From a virus (lineage: Duplodnaviria; Caudoviricetes): DNA of 52,582 nucleotides. This document shows, in pieces, positions 36,454 through 44,543 of this stretch. The notes under the pieces are model-generated. The model had not been told where the DNA came from and made no database searches. It saw only the letters and a program-made list of their open reading frames with translations. Position 1 is the stretch's first letter. Each line of letters starts with the position of its first letter. The translations under genes were made by a program, and so were the position numbers. The stretch lies in the IMG/VR virus record IMGVR_UViG_3300042924_001928, positions 1-52,582 of that record; one strand, written 5' to 3'.

Positions 36454-36845
36454 CACCACACCTTCTTCTTGATCGACTCAGGCTGGGGTACGTACTGTTT
36501 CCCTTGCCTCAAACCCTCTCGCTTGGCTCTGGTAGTTGCCGCGTATTCCGAAGGTGTTAGCTTCTCTCTTGCTGCTTTGGGCAAGTACCTTTCGCCAGTA
36601 GCTTTAGGACCCTGAGTGGATGGCTTCCCAGATTTTGTACCCCAATCTTCCTGCGTCCACTTTGAGAGTGAATTATCGGCCTTTTTAGGCCCTTTGTAAC
36701 CTCCCCCAGAAGACTTGTACTTCTGAGTTGCAAGTTGAGCCTTGCGTGCGCTCCACTGCCCTGGTTTTCCACCCTTATCGGAGGCTTTGACCTGAGAAAC
36801 TATTCGCTTCCACTTGGCCGGATCTGACTTGGTCGCTGAACTCAT
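36453..36845 (-). CDS. Basic protein, DUF5872-like
   Basis: GGKPGQWSARKAQL...YK..GGGY; SLSKWTQEDW; GERYLP. Confidence 0.7.
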   Translation of the reverse strand: MSSATKSDPAKWKRIVSQVKASDKGGKPGQWSARKAQLATQKYKSSGGGYKGPKKADNSLSKWTQEDWGTKSGKPSTQGPKATGERYLPKAAREKLTPSEYAATTRAKREGLRQGKQYVPQPESIKKKVW

Positions 36846-36848
36846 GAT

Positions 36849-37331
36849 TTATCCCATCAGTTGAATTTCGGCCTGTCGGCGTTTGACCAGCCCAGGCAGC
36901 ACCTTGCCACCACCGCGGACCCAGAGCTTTAGCTGCTCTTTGGCGCCATCCCAGTCTTGGGCGTTGATCTTGCGCTTGAGGGTAGAAGTCTGCAACCGGC
37001 CGACTCCCAGGTTGTAGGCAAAGTCCACGATTGCGTTGAACTTGGCCCAATCATTGGTTGTCATGGCCAGGGATAGCAAGATTGGGCATTGACGCACCAC
37101 GCCAGGGGCGTACGTGTGCAGCAGTTCGAGCTTGAGCCACTGCTCGGCCGTCTCTTTGGTGATTGGAGGATCACTCATGGACACCTTCTTGCCGTCAGGA
37201 CGAAAAACGGTGCCATACCCCTGCGTGGGGAACCCAGCCGGACAGATATAAGGGTAAACCAAGCCGTTGGCGTCGAGCCTGCACAAGCCCTCAAACCGAC
37301 GGCAAAGCTCTTCGGCCAGACTTAGGTTCAT
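36849..37331 (-). CDS. Endolysin (GH24 lysozyme)
   Basis: FEG...PYICPAGFPTQGYG, DFAYNLG, STLKRKIN, LPGLVKRRQAE. Confidence 0.9.
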   Translation of the reverse strand: MNLSLAEELCRRFEGLCRLDANGLVYPYICPAGFPTQGYGTVFRPDGKKVSMSDPPITKETAEQWLKLELLHTYAPGVVRQCPILLSLAMTTNDWAKFNAIVDFAYNLGVGRLQTSTLKRKINAQDWDGAKEQLKLWVRGGGKVLPGLVKRRQAEIQLMG

Positions 37332-37822
37332 AGGCCCCGCTGCTTGAGGGTGCGGTCAAGGAACCAGTAGTTGATAGTCCCAGACACCAGCGCCATAAAG
37401 TCAGCCGTCATCATGGTGTTGAAGACTTCACGCGGCTCGGCGCCCGATAGCCATGCATTCCAGGCAAACCACAGGTGCACGAAGGACCACAAAAGGATCA
37501 CCCAGTAGGTCACCACCGGCCGCACAGAGGCAGAAAGTGCCGCAGCCCATCCACCGGCGGCCTTGGCCATCTCCGCCTGCTGGTTGATTGCTGCATTAAA
37601 GGCATCCATGACGCCAACATCGATGGCCGCATCCCTGGCGGCGCCGATTTCAGCCAATTTCTGCTGGCCGCGGATCTGCTCCAGGTCACACTGACGTTGG
37701 AACATCAAAAGTTCGTGCTGGCGCTCGTTTTTCTTGTCAAAAAACTTCAAAACCTCAGGAGCTAAACGAAAAATGCCCCCAAGAAGGGAGCCAAAGATGC
37801 CGCCGCTGAATAGTTCCAACAT
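37328..37822 (-). CDS. Holin-like membrane protein
   Basis: W...SVRPVVTY, TM segments, YWFLDRTL; adjacent to the endolysin. Confidence 0.6.
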   Translation of the reverse strand: MLELFSGGIFGSLLGGIFRLAPEVLKFFDKKNERQHELLMFQRQCDLEQIRGQQKLAEIGAARDAAIDVGVMDAFNAAINQQAEMAKAAGGWAAALSASVRPVVTYWVILLWSFVHLWFAWNAWLSGAEPREVFNTMMTADFMALVSGTINYWFLDRTLKQRGL

Positions 37823-37824
37823 GA

Positions 37825-38241
37825 TCAGTCCCTTCTAGCCGTTACCGTATCAGCGCCCTTGGTGACCGTGACCTTATCGCCAACCACGTCCACCCGCATA
37901 GGCAGTTCTTCCTTGTCGAGCTTGTCGAGCTTGTCAATCAAGTGCTTGATCACTTCAAACTCTGGCTTCTCCTGCTTTGGAGATGCTCCAGCGATCCCGT
38001 TGAGCATCGAGATCAGGGCGGTGAGTGCAGCGCCCAGGAGGCCCATTACGGCCGCGATCTTCGACTCTTCAAGGTATAGGCTGGCTATAACACCGATCAC
38101 AACAATCGCTGTGATATAGGCAAGGCCATGCTTGCCAATAGCCTTCCCGGCCACTTCCTTGGCGGTGCTTTCGGCCTCCAGGCGGTTTAGTTCAGCCTTG
38201 GCCTGGGCCCTGAATACGGCAAGCTCGTTACGGTCCATCAT
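37825..38241 (-). CDS. Two-TM membrane protein in the lysis cassette
   Basis: Two hydrophobic helices. Confidence 0.65.
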   Translation of the reverse strand: MMDRNELAVFRAQAKAELNRLEAESTAKEVAGKAIGKHGLAYITAIVVIGVIASLYLEESKIAAVMGLLGAALTALISMLNGIAGASPKQEKPEFEVIKHLIDKLDKLDKEELPMRVDVVGDKVTVTKGADTVTARRD

Positions 38242-38471
38242 TGCCCCCTATGGAAAAGGTTGGCAAGGTACCCAACGGCAGAGGAGATAGCAGACACCAG
38301 GACCATGCCAGCCCAGAATCCACCCTTGCCCTGATTGGCAAGCCCCACAAGCTGGTCAAGCTGGTGCTCCATCTTGTCCATCTTCTTGCTCATGTCGTCA
38401 AAACGGCGCTCGTAGTCCTGGACCTTCTGCCACAGAACCCCGTAGCGCACGGGATCGATGTCATTGCCCAT
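38238..38471 (-). CDS. Coiled-coil plus C-terminal TM protein (XhlA/holin-like)
   Basis: IDPVRYG.L, coiled coil, ANQGKGGFWAGM and a TM helix. Confidence 0.65.
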   Translation of the reverse strand: MGNDIDPVRYGVLWQKVQDYERRFDDMSKKMDKMEHQLDQLVGLANQGKGGFWAGMVLVSAISSAVGYLANLFHRGQ

Positions 38472-38473
38472 GA

Positions 38474-38647
38474 TCAATCGAATCCCCTCAAGGTCTTGGC
38501 CAAGGACTTGCGCTTCTTCATCAAAGGGGAATCCGACTCTTTGATGGCCAGTTTCTTGACCGGAATCTTTTTTCCCTCTTCGACGCCCAGAGCCTTACGA
38601 AGCGACCCCGGCTTCTTGATTGCTTCCTTGATCCACTGCTTGGCCAT
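38474..38647 (-). CDS. Small very basic protein (57 aa)
   Basis: Not in the ORF track. MAKQWIKEAIKKPGSLRKALGVEEGKKIPVKKL...RKSLAKTLRGFD; AAGGAG RBS. Confidence 0.8.
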   Translation of the reverse strand: MAKQWIKEAIKKPGSLRKALGVEEGKKIPVKKLAIKESDSPLMKKRKSLAKTLRGFD

Positions 38648-38795
38648 TCTGCTCTCCTTGTGCTGTCAATTGGGCCTCGGCTTGCGTCTTGACCTTCATA
38701 GCAACAGGGAAGGCTCCTGACTTGGTGGGCAACTCACTCAAGCCTGAGAGTATGAGTTGCACCTCTTCTATTGTTAGGTTTTGAAGTGTGATCAT
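38595..38795 (-). CDS. Small helical protein after the tail fibre genes
   Basis: LTIEEVQLILSGLSELP motif; start uncertain. Confidence 0.6.
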   Translation of the reverse strand: MITLQNLTIEEVQLILSGLSELPTKSGAFPVAMKVKTQAEAQLTAQGEQNGQAVDQGSNQEAGVAS

Positions 38796-38815
38796 CCGCG
38801 ACTCACTCAATTCAT

Positions 38816-39112
38816 TTATTCACTTAGAACCAAAATTACTGATGTTGGCGTTTTATTGACAAACGTGTAGTAATTCTGATTGTTTATAGAAATTTTTTCA
38901 TTTTGACTCAAATCTTGAACATAGTTTTCAAGATCTTTGCCTTCCTTTACGGACACAGAGCCCTCAACAATATGAACTGTATTTGTAGAAGTTGGCGTAT
39001 TTGGATCTGAAACTCCGCCGATACCAAAGAATTCCCCAACACCATCCACCTTAACAGCCATGAAAATATTGCTGTGTTCAGGAAAGGCTCGCTTGTCTAA
39101 TAAGTGAATCAT
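38816..39112 (-). CDS. Hypothetical protein (AT-rich), partner of the upstream receptor-binding protein
   Basis: 98 aa, AAGGG RBS. Confidence 0.6.
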   Translation of the reverse strand: MIHLLDKRAFPEHSNIFMAVKVDGVGEFFGIGGVSDPNTPTSTNTVHIVEGSVSVKEGKDLENYVQDLSQNEKISINNQNYYTFVNKTPTSVILVLSE

Positions 39113-39121
39113 TTTTTTCCC

Positions 39122-40447
39122 TTAAATAGACGTTACTGACAGACCGCTAACATTCGTAACAGTCCAGTTGTTGTAGCTAGTTGGCTGCGACAGCGTTCTT
39201 GCATTGTTTCCGCCCAAGCTGCTGGTTGATTGAGCGCCTATATTTGTGATGTTGTAGCTTGATCCAGGTGCACTGTAGTTAACAGTGAAAGAACCCACTG
39301 AATATGATCCAGTCTTGGTTCCGTCCACGGGAACTTTGTTTGGGCCGCCGCCAATGTTGAGGTAAGAGAGCCCGTAATCTTGGTACTGCGCTGACATTGC
39401 CAGTCCGGTCGGCGTAAGAGCAAGATCTCTTTGATAGAAATACTTTGTTTGACCAAGTCTGGTCAAAGTAAATTCTCTGTTAACCAGAGGAGCGCCAGTG
39501 CTTATGCCTGTATCTGTTTTAATCCATGCGCTTTTAGTGCTTCCATCCCCGCCGACCCAATATACATTTTGGAAGGCAGAATCCACTAAAACATTTTTAA
39601 CATCCACAAATCCAGAAGTAATTTGTCGTCCAATGTTTCCAACAGGATCTGTGGTTCCAACGCCGTACCTTAGCAAATATGCCCAGTTGTTTGACACCAC
39701 TCCAAGGTAAATCACTCCTCCGCCAACCCACATCCCACCGGGAGACCAATTGCTACTTCCAATTACACGGCTATAAATTAGCGTTCCACTAGAGCTAAAC
39801 CTCTGAATAAGAGAATAAACACCAGCTATGCCAAATGTATATATCTCTCCGGCGCTCTCGGACATGTACTGCACTTGACCAAAATTACTGCTGTTTTCCC
39901 ACTGGTTTGCCCAGTCAATTTGGTTTGTTGAGAGGTTGTACTTTAAGACGTAGAAGCCATTAAACCCGCTGCGTCTTGACCCGATGTAAATGGCAGACTC
40001 ATCCGACGCCAACAGCGCGGCTGTTGCGTTCATGTCGGCGGTTCCATTCTGGTACTGAGATATCAAAGCCCCAGAACTGTTTAATTTAAGGACGTAAAAA
40101 TATGTATTTGTTTTGGTGACAACGTACAGGTTTGTTCCTGCGCTATTTATCAAAATATTGACGCTGTCGACAGATCCGCCAGCGGGATCTTCGTATTGTT
40201 TAAAAAACAACGTCTCGCCAGAGGGAGACATTTTGACAATACAAAAACCGCTCGGGCTTGATCGGCGATAGACTTGGTACACGTTTCCAGAAGCATCGGA
40301 AACAATAGATTTGCAGTATGAACCTACGACAACGTCACTGCTCTGAGAGTTTAAGTCGTATAAACCAAGATAAAACTTTTCCGAAACGCCGCCGCCAAAG
40401 CCAAAGCCTCTCGCAGACGCAGCCCCTCGTGTACCAAGCATTGGCAT
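39122..40447 (-). CDS. Putative receptor-binding protein, beta-propeller-like
   Basis: N-terminal MPMLGTRGAASARGFG; repeated blade motifs (DASGNVY, KLNSSG, RFSSSG); AT-rich. Confidence 0.6.
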   Translation of the reverse strand: MPMLGTRGAASARGFGFGGGVSEKFYLGLYDLNSQSSDVVVGSYCKSIVSDASGNVYQVYRRSSPSGFCIVKMSPSGETLFFKQYEDPAGGSVDSVNILINSAGTNLYVVTKTNTYFYVLKLNSSGALISQYQNGTADMNATAALLASDESAIYIGSRRSGFNGFYVLKYNLSTNQIDWANQWENSSNFGQVQYMSESAGEIYTFGIAGVYSLIQRFSSSGTLIYSRVIGSSNWSPGGMWVGGGVIYLGVVSNNWAYLLRYGVGTTDPVGNIGRQITSGFVDVKNVLVDSAFQNVYWVGGDGSTKSAWIKTDTGISTGAPLVNREFTLTRLGQTKYFYQRDLALTPTGLAMSAQYQDYGLSYLNIGGGPNKVPVDGTKTGSYSVGSFTVNYSAPGSSYNITNIGAQSTSSLGGNNARTLSQPTSYNNWTVTNVSGLSVTSI

Positions 40448-40457
40448 CGCTTACTCC

Positions 40458-41114
40458 TTAGGCAAACTTTGTCTGCGAGGCAAGCACGGTAAAAGTGGCG
40501 CTGCCAGTCTTGATGATGGTGTACGAGTACACATCAATACTGCTGGCATTACCTGCCGTTGGCGCCGTGCCGCCCTGCCACTTCGGAGTGACGCTTGATC
40601 CGTCTACCTGAACCGCGTTGTTGTAGTAAGCGGTGCCGCCCTGAGTAACCAAGAAAGCAACCGTCACACTCTGCCCAGTTGACATAGCAGTGTTTAGGCT
40701 TGTGCCGCTTGAGGCGCGGAAGTTCACGGTCCAGTTGGCAGATGCGTTAGAGGTGTAATACAGCACCGACTGAGTGGTCACGTCGTAGTTGATCGTGCCA
40801 GTGGCTGCCGTGGCACTGACGGTGCAAACCTCGGCGGCGTCGTTCAGAACTACGGCCAGAGCACTGGCGGAGCCGCTAAAGGTCTGAGTGGCCGTGAATG
40901 TGTTGGTCGAAGACGTAGATGGGATACCAGCGCCGGACAAGCTCGTTGCCCCCGTTCCGCCAGATCCGACAGGAAGAGGGGCAGCCAGGGTCACGCCGCC
41001 CGCGGCGACTGTTAGCTTGGTAGATCCACCGGCTTGTAGGCCCAACTCACCAGAAGCATCCCCAGTGATGATTGCGCCACCAACAACGGTATCTGCATTG
41101 ATGAGTGTGGTCAT
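40458..41114 (-). CDS. Tail fibre adaptor segment
   Basis: LPVGSGGTGA repeat; paralogous to the N-terminal half of 42728..44209. Confidence 0.7.
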   Translation of the reverse strand: MTTLINADTVVGGAIITGDASGELGLQAGGSTKLTVAAGGVTLAAPLPVGSGGTGATSLSGAGIPSTSSTNTFTATQTFSGSASALAVVLNDAAEVCTVSATAATGTINYDVTTQSVLYYTSNASANWTVNFRASSGTSLNTAMSTGQSVTVAFLVTQGGTAYYNNAVQVDGSSVTPKWQGGTAPTAGNASSIDVYSYTIIKTGSATFTVLASQTKFA

Positions 41115-41118
41115 GTCT

Positions 41119-41394
41119 TTACTCCGGCTTCACGGGCCACTGAATGTTGTTTGGAAATCCTGCTTGTTGCGGAACATCCCGCAGGGCTTGACGGTACGCG
41201 GCCCATTTGTCTTTCAATGCTTGCGGAACGTCGGCGGCTTGCGTCCAGTCAGTTTCGACAAGCAGACGGTTGCGATCCAATCGAGCGCGGTCGCCTGCAC
41301 CAGCAGCCCACGCCGCCTCTTGCGCGTCCCACTCAGCCTCTTCTTCCGGGGTAAAAGGAACCGGACCTTCCGCCGTCATGTGATGTCTTGCCAT
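41119..41394 (-). CDS. Tail fibre assembly chaperone
   Basis: RNRLLVETDWTQ..D.P...WAAYRQALRDVPQQAGFP..I.WP.KP. Confidence 0.85.
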   Translation of the reverse strand: MARHHMTAEGPVPFTPEEEAEWDAQEAAWAAGAGDRARLDRNRLLVETDWTQAADVPQALKDKWAAYRQALRDVPQQAGFPNNIQWPVKPE

Positions 41395-41404
41395 GATGTA
41401 TTCC

Positions 41405-42295
41405 TTAACTATTTGAAAGTCCGTAAAGCCGGAAAACGCCGGTGCTTATACTGCCAGAACCAAAAAAGAAACGTATTCCTGTCCATGCGGGCGGCTGATC
41501 GTACGAGTTGTATATTCTCGCCGCTCCTCCTTGAGCCGGAAAAACTTGTGGGCTAAATGAATCAACACCGACGCAAGTAAAATTCAAAAGTTTATTTACA
41601 GTGGTGCTTGTGGGATTTGAAAACCAAACCTCTCCGCTACAAGTAGAGCCATATCCACCCCCAGAACTAAGGGGAGGAATGGAAGAAAGTGTTAGCTGAC
41701 AAGAACTGCCACCGCCGTTGTTGATTGCCAAATTTCCCGAACCAGTAGCGTAACCACCGTTAGCAAACTGATACCATGTGTTGGTGGTATAACTGCCATT
41801 TTCTCTCACTCTAAGATAAAAAATAGAGCTTGAAGTTGATGTAACGTTTGTAAATGTAATTAAATAAAAATCATATGTTGATCCAATCCCTGTTTCTAGA
41901 TCAACTGTAGAACTACTGGAAGCAGTGACCGTTTGAAGCAACGTTAATGCCCCGCTAGAGATGGCGGCGCTCGTCCAAGTGGTTCCATTACTTCTGAGCA
42001 CATTACCGTTGGCTCCCGGAGCCACAACCTGCACAGCAGAAGTGCCGTTACCAAGCAGAACGTTGTTGGCCGTCAGCGATGATGCGCCTGTGCCGCCGTT
42101 ACCAACCGGCAGCGTGCCCGTTACACCAGTGGCAAGGTTGACCGTTGGCACAGCAGCCCAGGTAGGGGCACCTGAACCGTTACTCTGCAACACCTGCCCC
42201 GCAGAGCCTGCGGATGTGAAGGCCAACTCAGTGCCGTCGCCGTAGCCTACGCCACCAGCGGTTGGGGTGTTACTTCCATCAATGATTACTGGCAT
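41405..42295 (-). CDS. Tail fibre / receptor-binding protein
   Basis: GQVLQSNG, LPVGNGGTG repeats; C-terminal domain ending TGIRFF..G.I.TG.FRLYG. Confidence 0.75.
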   Translation of the reverse strand: MPVIIDGSNTPTAGGVGYGDGTELAFTSAGSAGQVLQSNGSGAPTWAAVPTVNLATGVTGTLPVGNGGTGASSLTANNVLLGNGTSAVQVVAPGANGNVLRSNGTTWTSAAISSGALTLLQTVTASSSSTVDLETGIGSTYDFYLITFTNVTSTSSSIFYLRVRENGSYTTNTWYQFANGGYATGSGNLAINNGGGSSCQLTLSSIPPLSSGGGYGSTCSGEVWFSNPTSTTVNKLLNFTCVGVDSFSPQVFPAQGGAARIYNSYDQPPAWTGIRFFFGSGSISTGVFRLYGLSNS

Positions 42296-42298
42296 GAT

Positions 42299-42712
42299 TT
42301 ACTCCACTATTTTTAGCCAAGACGTTGTTGCCTCATCCCATTTGTACAAACCATCCGTTGGCCTTGGAACAGGAGGGTCAAAAGCGCACGTGCTTGGATT
42401 AAATATCCAAGACGAATATCCAACATCCCTTGCAAACAACTCCTTAGCCAAATTTTGTTTTGCGGCAATTTCTTCGGCCGTCATGTTTCTTACACTGTGC
42501 TTGTCTTTTACGACCCCGCCGTCAAAAACATAAGTCGTGCCTTCATGTATTTGATACACCCCAATAATGTGTGGCGGAGGAACGCGCTCGAACTTTACAA
42601 AGTCAAATGGCGGGTTGTTTGGATCAAAATCAGGAATCACCTGACGCAGGTTTTCTTCCAGCATGGGGTGACCTACTGGTTGGCCATCTACAACTTTAAT
42701 AAATAAGCTCAT
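42299..42712 (-). CDS. Putative fibre chaperone/partner
   Basis: SWIFN...C.FDPPVPRP.DG.YKWDE...SW motif; follows the Gly-rich fibre gene. Confidence 0.65.
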   Translation of the reverse strand: MSLFIKVVDGQPVGHPMLEENLRQVIPDFDPNNPPFDFVKFERVPPPHIIGVYQIHEGTTYVFDGGVVKDKHSVRNMTAEEIAAKQNLAKELFARDVGYSSWIFNPSTCAFDPPVPRPTDGLYKWDEATTSWLKIVE

Positions 42713-42727
42713 TGTCAACCCCTAAAT

Positions 42728-44209
42728 TTACAAATTACCAGTTCTTGTCGAAGGATAAGCGCGAGTTTGACCCGGCCAAATAATTCGCACAGCACCTTTG
42801 CCACCGGCAGAATTTGCTGCTCCGCCGCCGCCGTAATCGCCGCCCGTACTTTGGCCCGCGCCGGTTCCCCAAGATCCGTTGCCGCCCGCCGCAACACCAG
42901 TTGCAGAAGCTGCGCCGCCCGCGCCGCCTGTGCCGTAGCTTGGAATGCTTCCGCCTGCGCCGCCCGCGCCGCCATACAAACTTGCGCCACCACCGCCAGC
43001 GCCGTACGTATACCCGCCATCTAAATACCCGCCAGCCCCGCCTCCGCCAGCGCCCGTTCCTCCGGCCGTACCGTTGGGTCCTCCCCCATACGCGGCAGCT
43101 GCACGCCCCGCAGATCCGCCGCTGCCACCGTAACCACCAGCGCCGCCTCCAGGGCCGTTGTTATCTCCTGGTTGAGCCCCGCCAGATCCGCCGCCGGTGT
43201 AAGTTCCGCTAGGACTTCCTGGGAGGTAAGTTCCGCCCGCACCTGTTGCCCTGGTTTGCAAACCGCCATCAAGAGTGATGTAAGAATCGCCTCCCGCGTT
43301 TCCAGGGTAAGAGGTAGTAGCGGCTCCGCCACCACCAACAACAACTGTATAGCTGTTTCCTGGAGTAACGGGTGCAAAATTTCTATAAGCTAGGCCACCG
43401 GCAGCGCCACCATAAGCGCCAGAAGATCCGCCGCCAATACAAACCACGGCAACCTGGGTTACACCGGCAGGAGCAACCCATGTGTATGTTCCAGCAGTTG
43501 TGTATTCAACTTGGCCGGGTGCTGGCAAATTGGTGTAATACTTCCAGCTTCCTGTCACATAAAAAGTACCGCTTCCAGTTTTTACAATTTTGTAAGAATA
43601 AATATCGACAACGTTTATGTTTGTATTTGTTGGGATCTGGCTATTTTCCCAATTTACGGTAGTAGAAACTCCATCGATAGTGAACGCGGTTTGATAATAC
43701 GCGGTTGTTCCGTTCGTGTTGTAAAAAGACACTTCAACGGCCTGATTTACAGCCATGAAAGAATTCAAACTTTGCCCGCTAGTACCTCTAATATTTAGGG
43801 TGAAGTTTGAGGATGCGTTCGATGTGTAGTAAAGCGTTGAATAAGTTGCCGCGTCAAAATTGATTGTCCCGCCCGCTGCGGTTGCACTAACAGAGGCGGG
43901 CTGCAAAAGACTTGCAGGAGGAGACGCGCTTGTCCATGTAGTCCCGTTGGAAGTCAGAACGTTTCCACTTGATCCAGGCGCAACTGTTTGAATTGCTGAT
44001 GTTCCATTGCCAAGCAAAACATTATTTGCCGTTAATGACGCGACCCCTGTTCCTCCAGAAGCAACTGGCAAAGCAGAAGCAAGTGTTACCCCCGTGGAGC
44101 TAACCGTCAGCTTGGTAGAGCCCGAAGACTGCAACTCAAGATTGCCAGAGGTGTCTCCAGACGAAACTAGCGCGGTGCCGGATGTGGTGCCTGCGGAAAT
44201 TGAACTCAT
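42728..44209 (-). CDS. Tail fibre with a C-terminal glycine-rich adhesin domain
   Basis: YTTAGTYTWVAPAGVT.V.VVCIGGG...GGKGAVRIIW with many poly-Gly stretches. Confidence 0.8.
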   Translation of the reverse strand: MSSISAGTTSGTALVSSGDTSGNLELQSSGSTKLTVSSTGVTLASALPVASGGTGVASLTANNVLLGNGTSAIQTVAPGSSGNVLTSNGTTWTSASPPASLLQPASVSATAAGGTINFDAATYSTLYYTSNASSNFTLNIRGTSGQSLNSFMAVNQAVEVSFYNTNGTTAYYQTAFTIDGVSTTVNWENSQIPTNTNINVVDIYSYKIVKTGSGTFYVTGSWKYYTNLPAPGQVEYTTAGTYTWVAPAGVTQVAVVCIGGGSSGAYGGAAGGLAYRNFAPVTPGNSYTVVVGGGGAATTSYPGNAGGDSYITLDGGLQTRATGAGGTYLPGSPSGTYTGGGSGGAQPGDNNGPGGGAGGYGGSGGSAGRAAAAYGGGPNGTAGGTGAGGGGAGGYLDGGYTYGAGGGGASLYGGAGGAGGSIPSYGTGGAGGAASATGVAAGGNGSWGTGAGQSTGGDYGGGGAANSAGGKGAVRIIWPGQTRAYPSTRTGNL

Positions 44210-44219
44210 TTATAGCTCC

Positions 44220-44543
44220 TTAAATCACAACCCAGCGTTGACCGCTCGTGACAGTCACGGTTACGCCGCTGGCCACTGTGACCGGACCAACAGAGAACCC
44301 GTTTGTTCCGCTTGGGAACGAATAGCTTTCTGTCGCCGTCGTGGTATTCGTAATGATGGCACCGCCAGCCTCTCCACCGCCACTGGAAAACTGCTGAACC
44401 GTGCCACCGGAATCCTCATAGTAGAGGATGCCATCGGCGATATTGATCGCAAGCTCACCGGGCAGAAGATTTCCAGCCGTCGGAACTGCTCCAGGGGTGG
44501 TGCTGTGATATAGCTGAAGTGGGGTATAGCCAGCCTGTGCCAT
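44220..44543 (-). CDS. Small fibre connector (Mtd-N/hyaluronidase-N-like)
   Basis: STTPGAVP..NLLPGELAINIADGILYY; C-terminal GPVTVASGVTVTV.SG.RWVV. Confidence 0.6.
   Translation of the reverse strand: MAQAGYTPLQLYHSTTPGAVPTAGNLLPGELAINIADGILYYEDSGGTVQQFSSGGGEAGGAIITNTTTATESYSFPSGTNGFSVGPVTVASGVTVTVTSGQRWVVI

Noticed and set aside
36453-36845. DKGGKP and SSGGGY as GG tags
   Set aside because: They look like part of the family's own conserved motif and fit the consensus poorly; Gly-rich fibre repeats were excluded for the same reason
40448-40457. Readthrough or frameshift joining the adaptor and the propeller tip
   Set aside because: The downstream gene has its own GGAG RBS and ATG, and no slippery sequence is visible
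42715-43377. Alternative-frame ORFs 42715..43020 and 43021..43377
   Set aside because: By-products of Gly-codon runs in the adhesin gene
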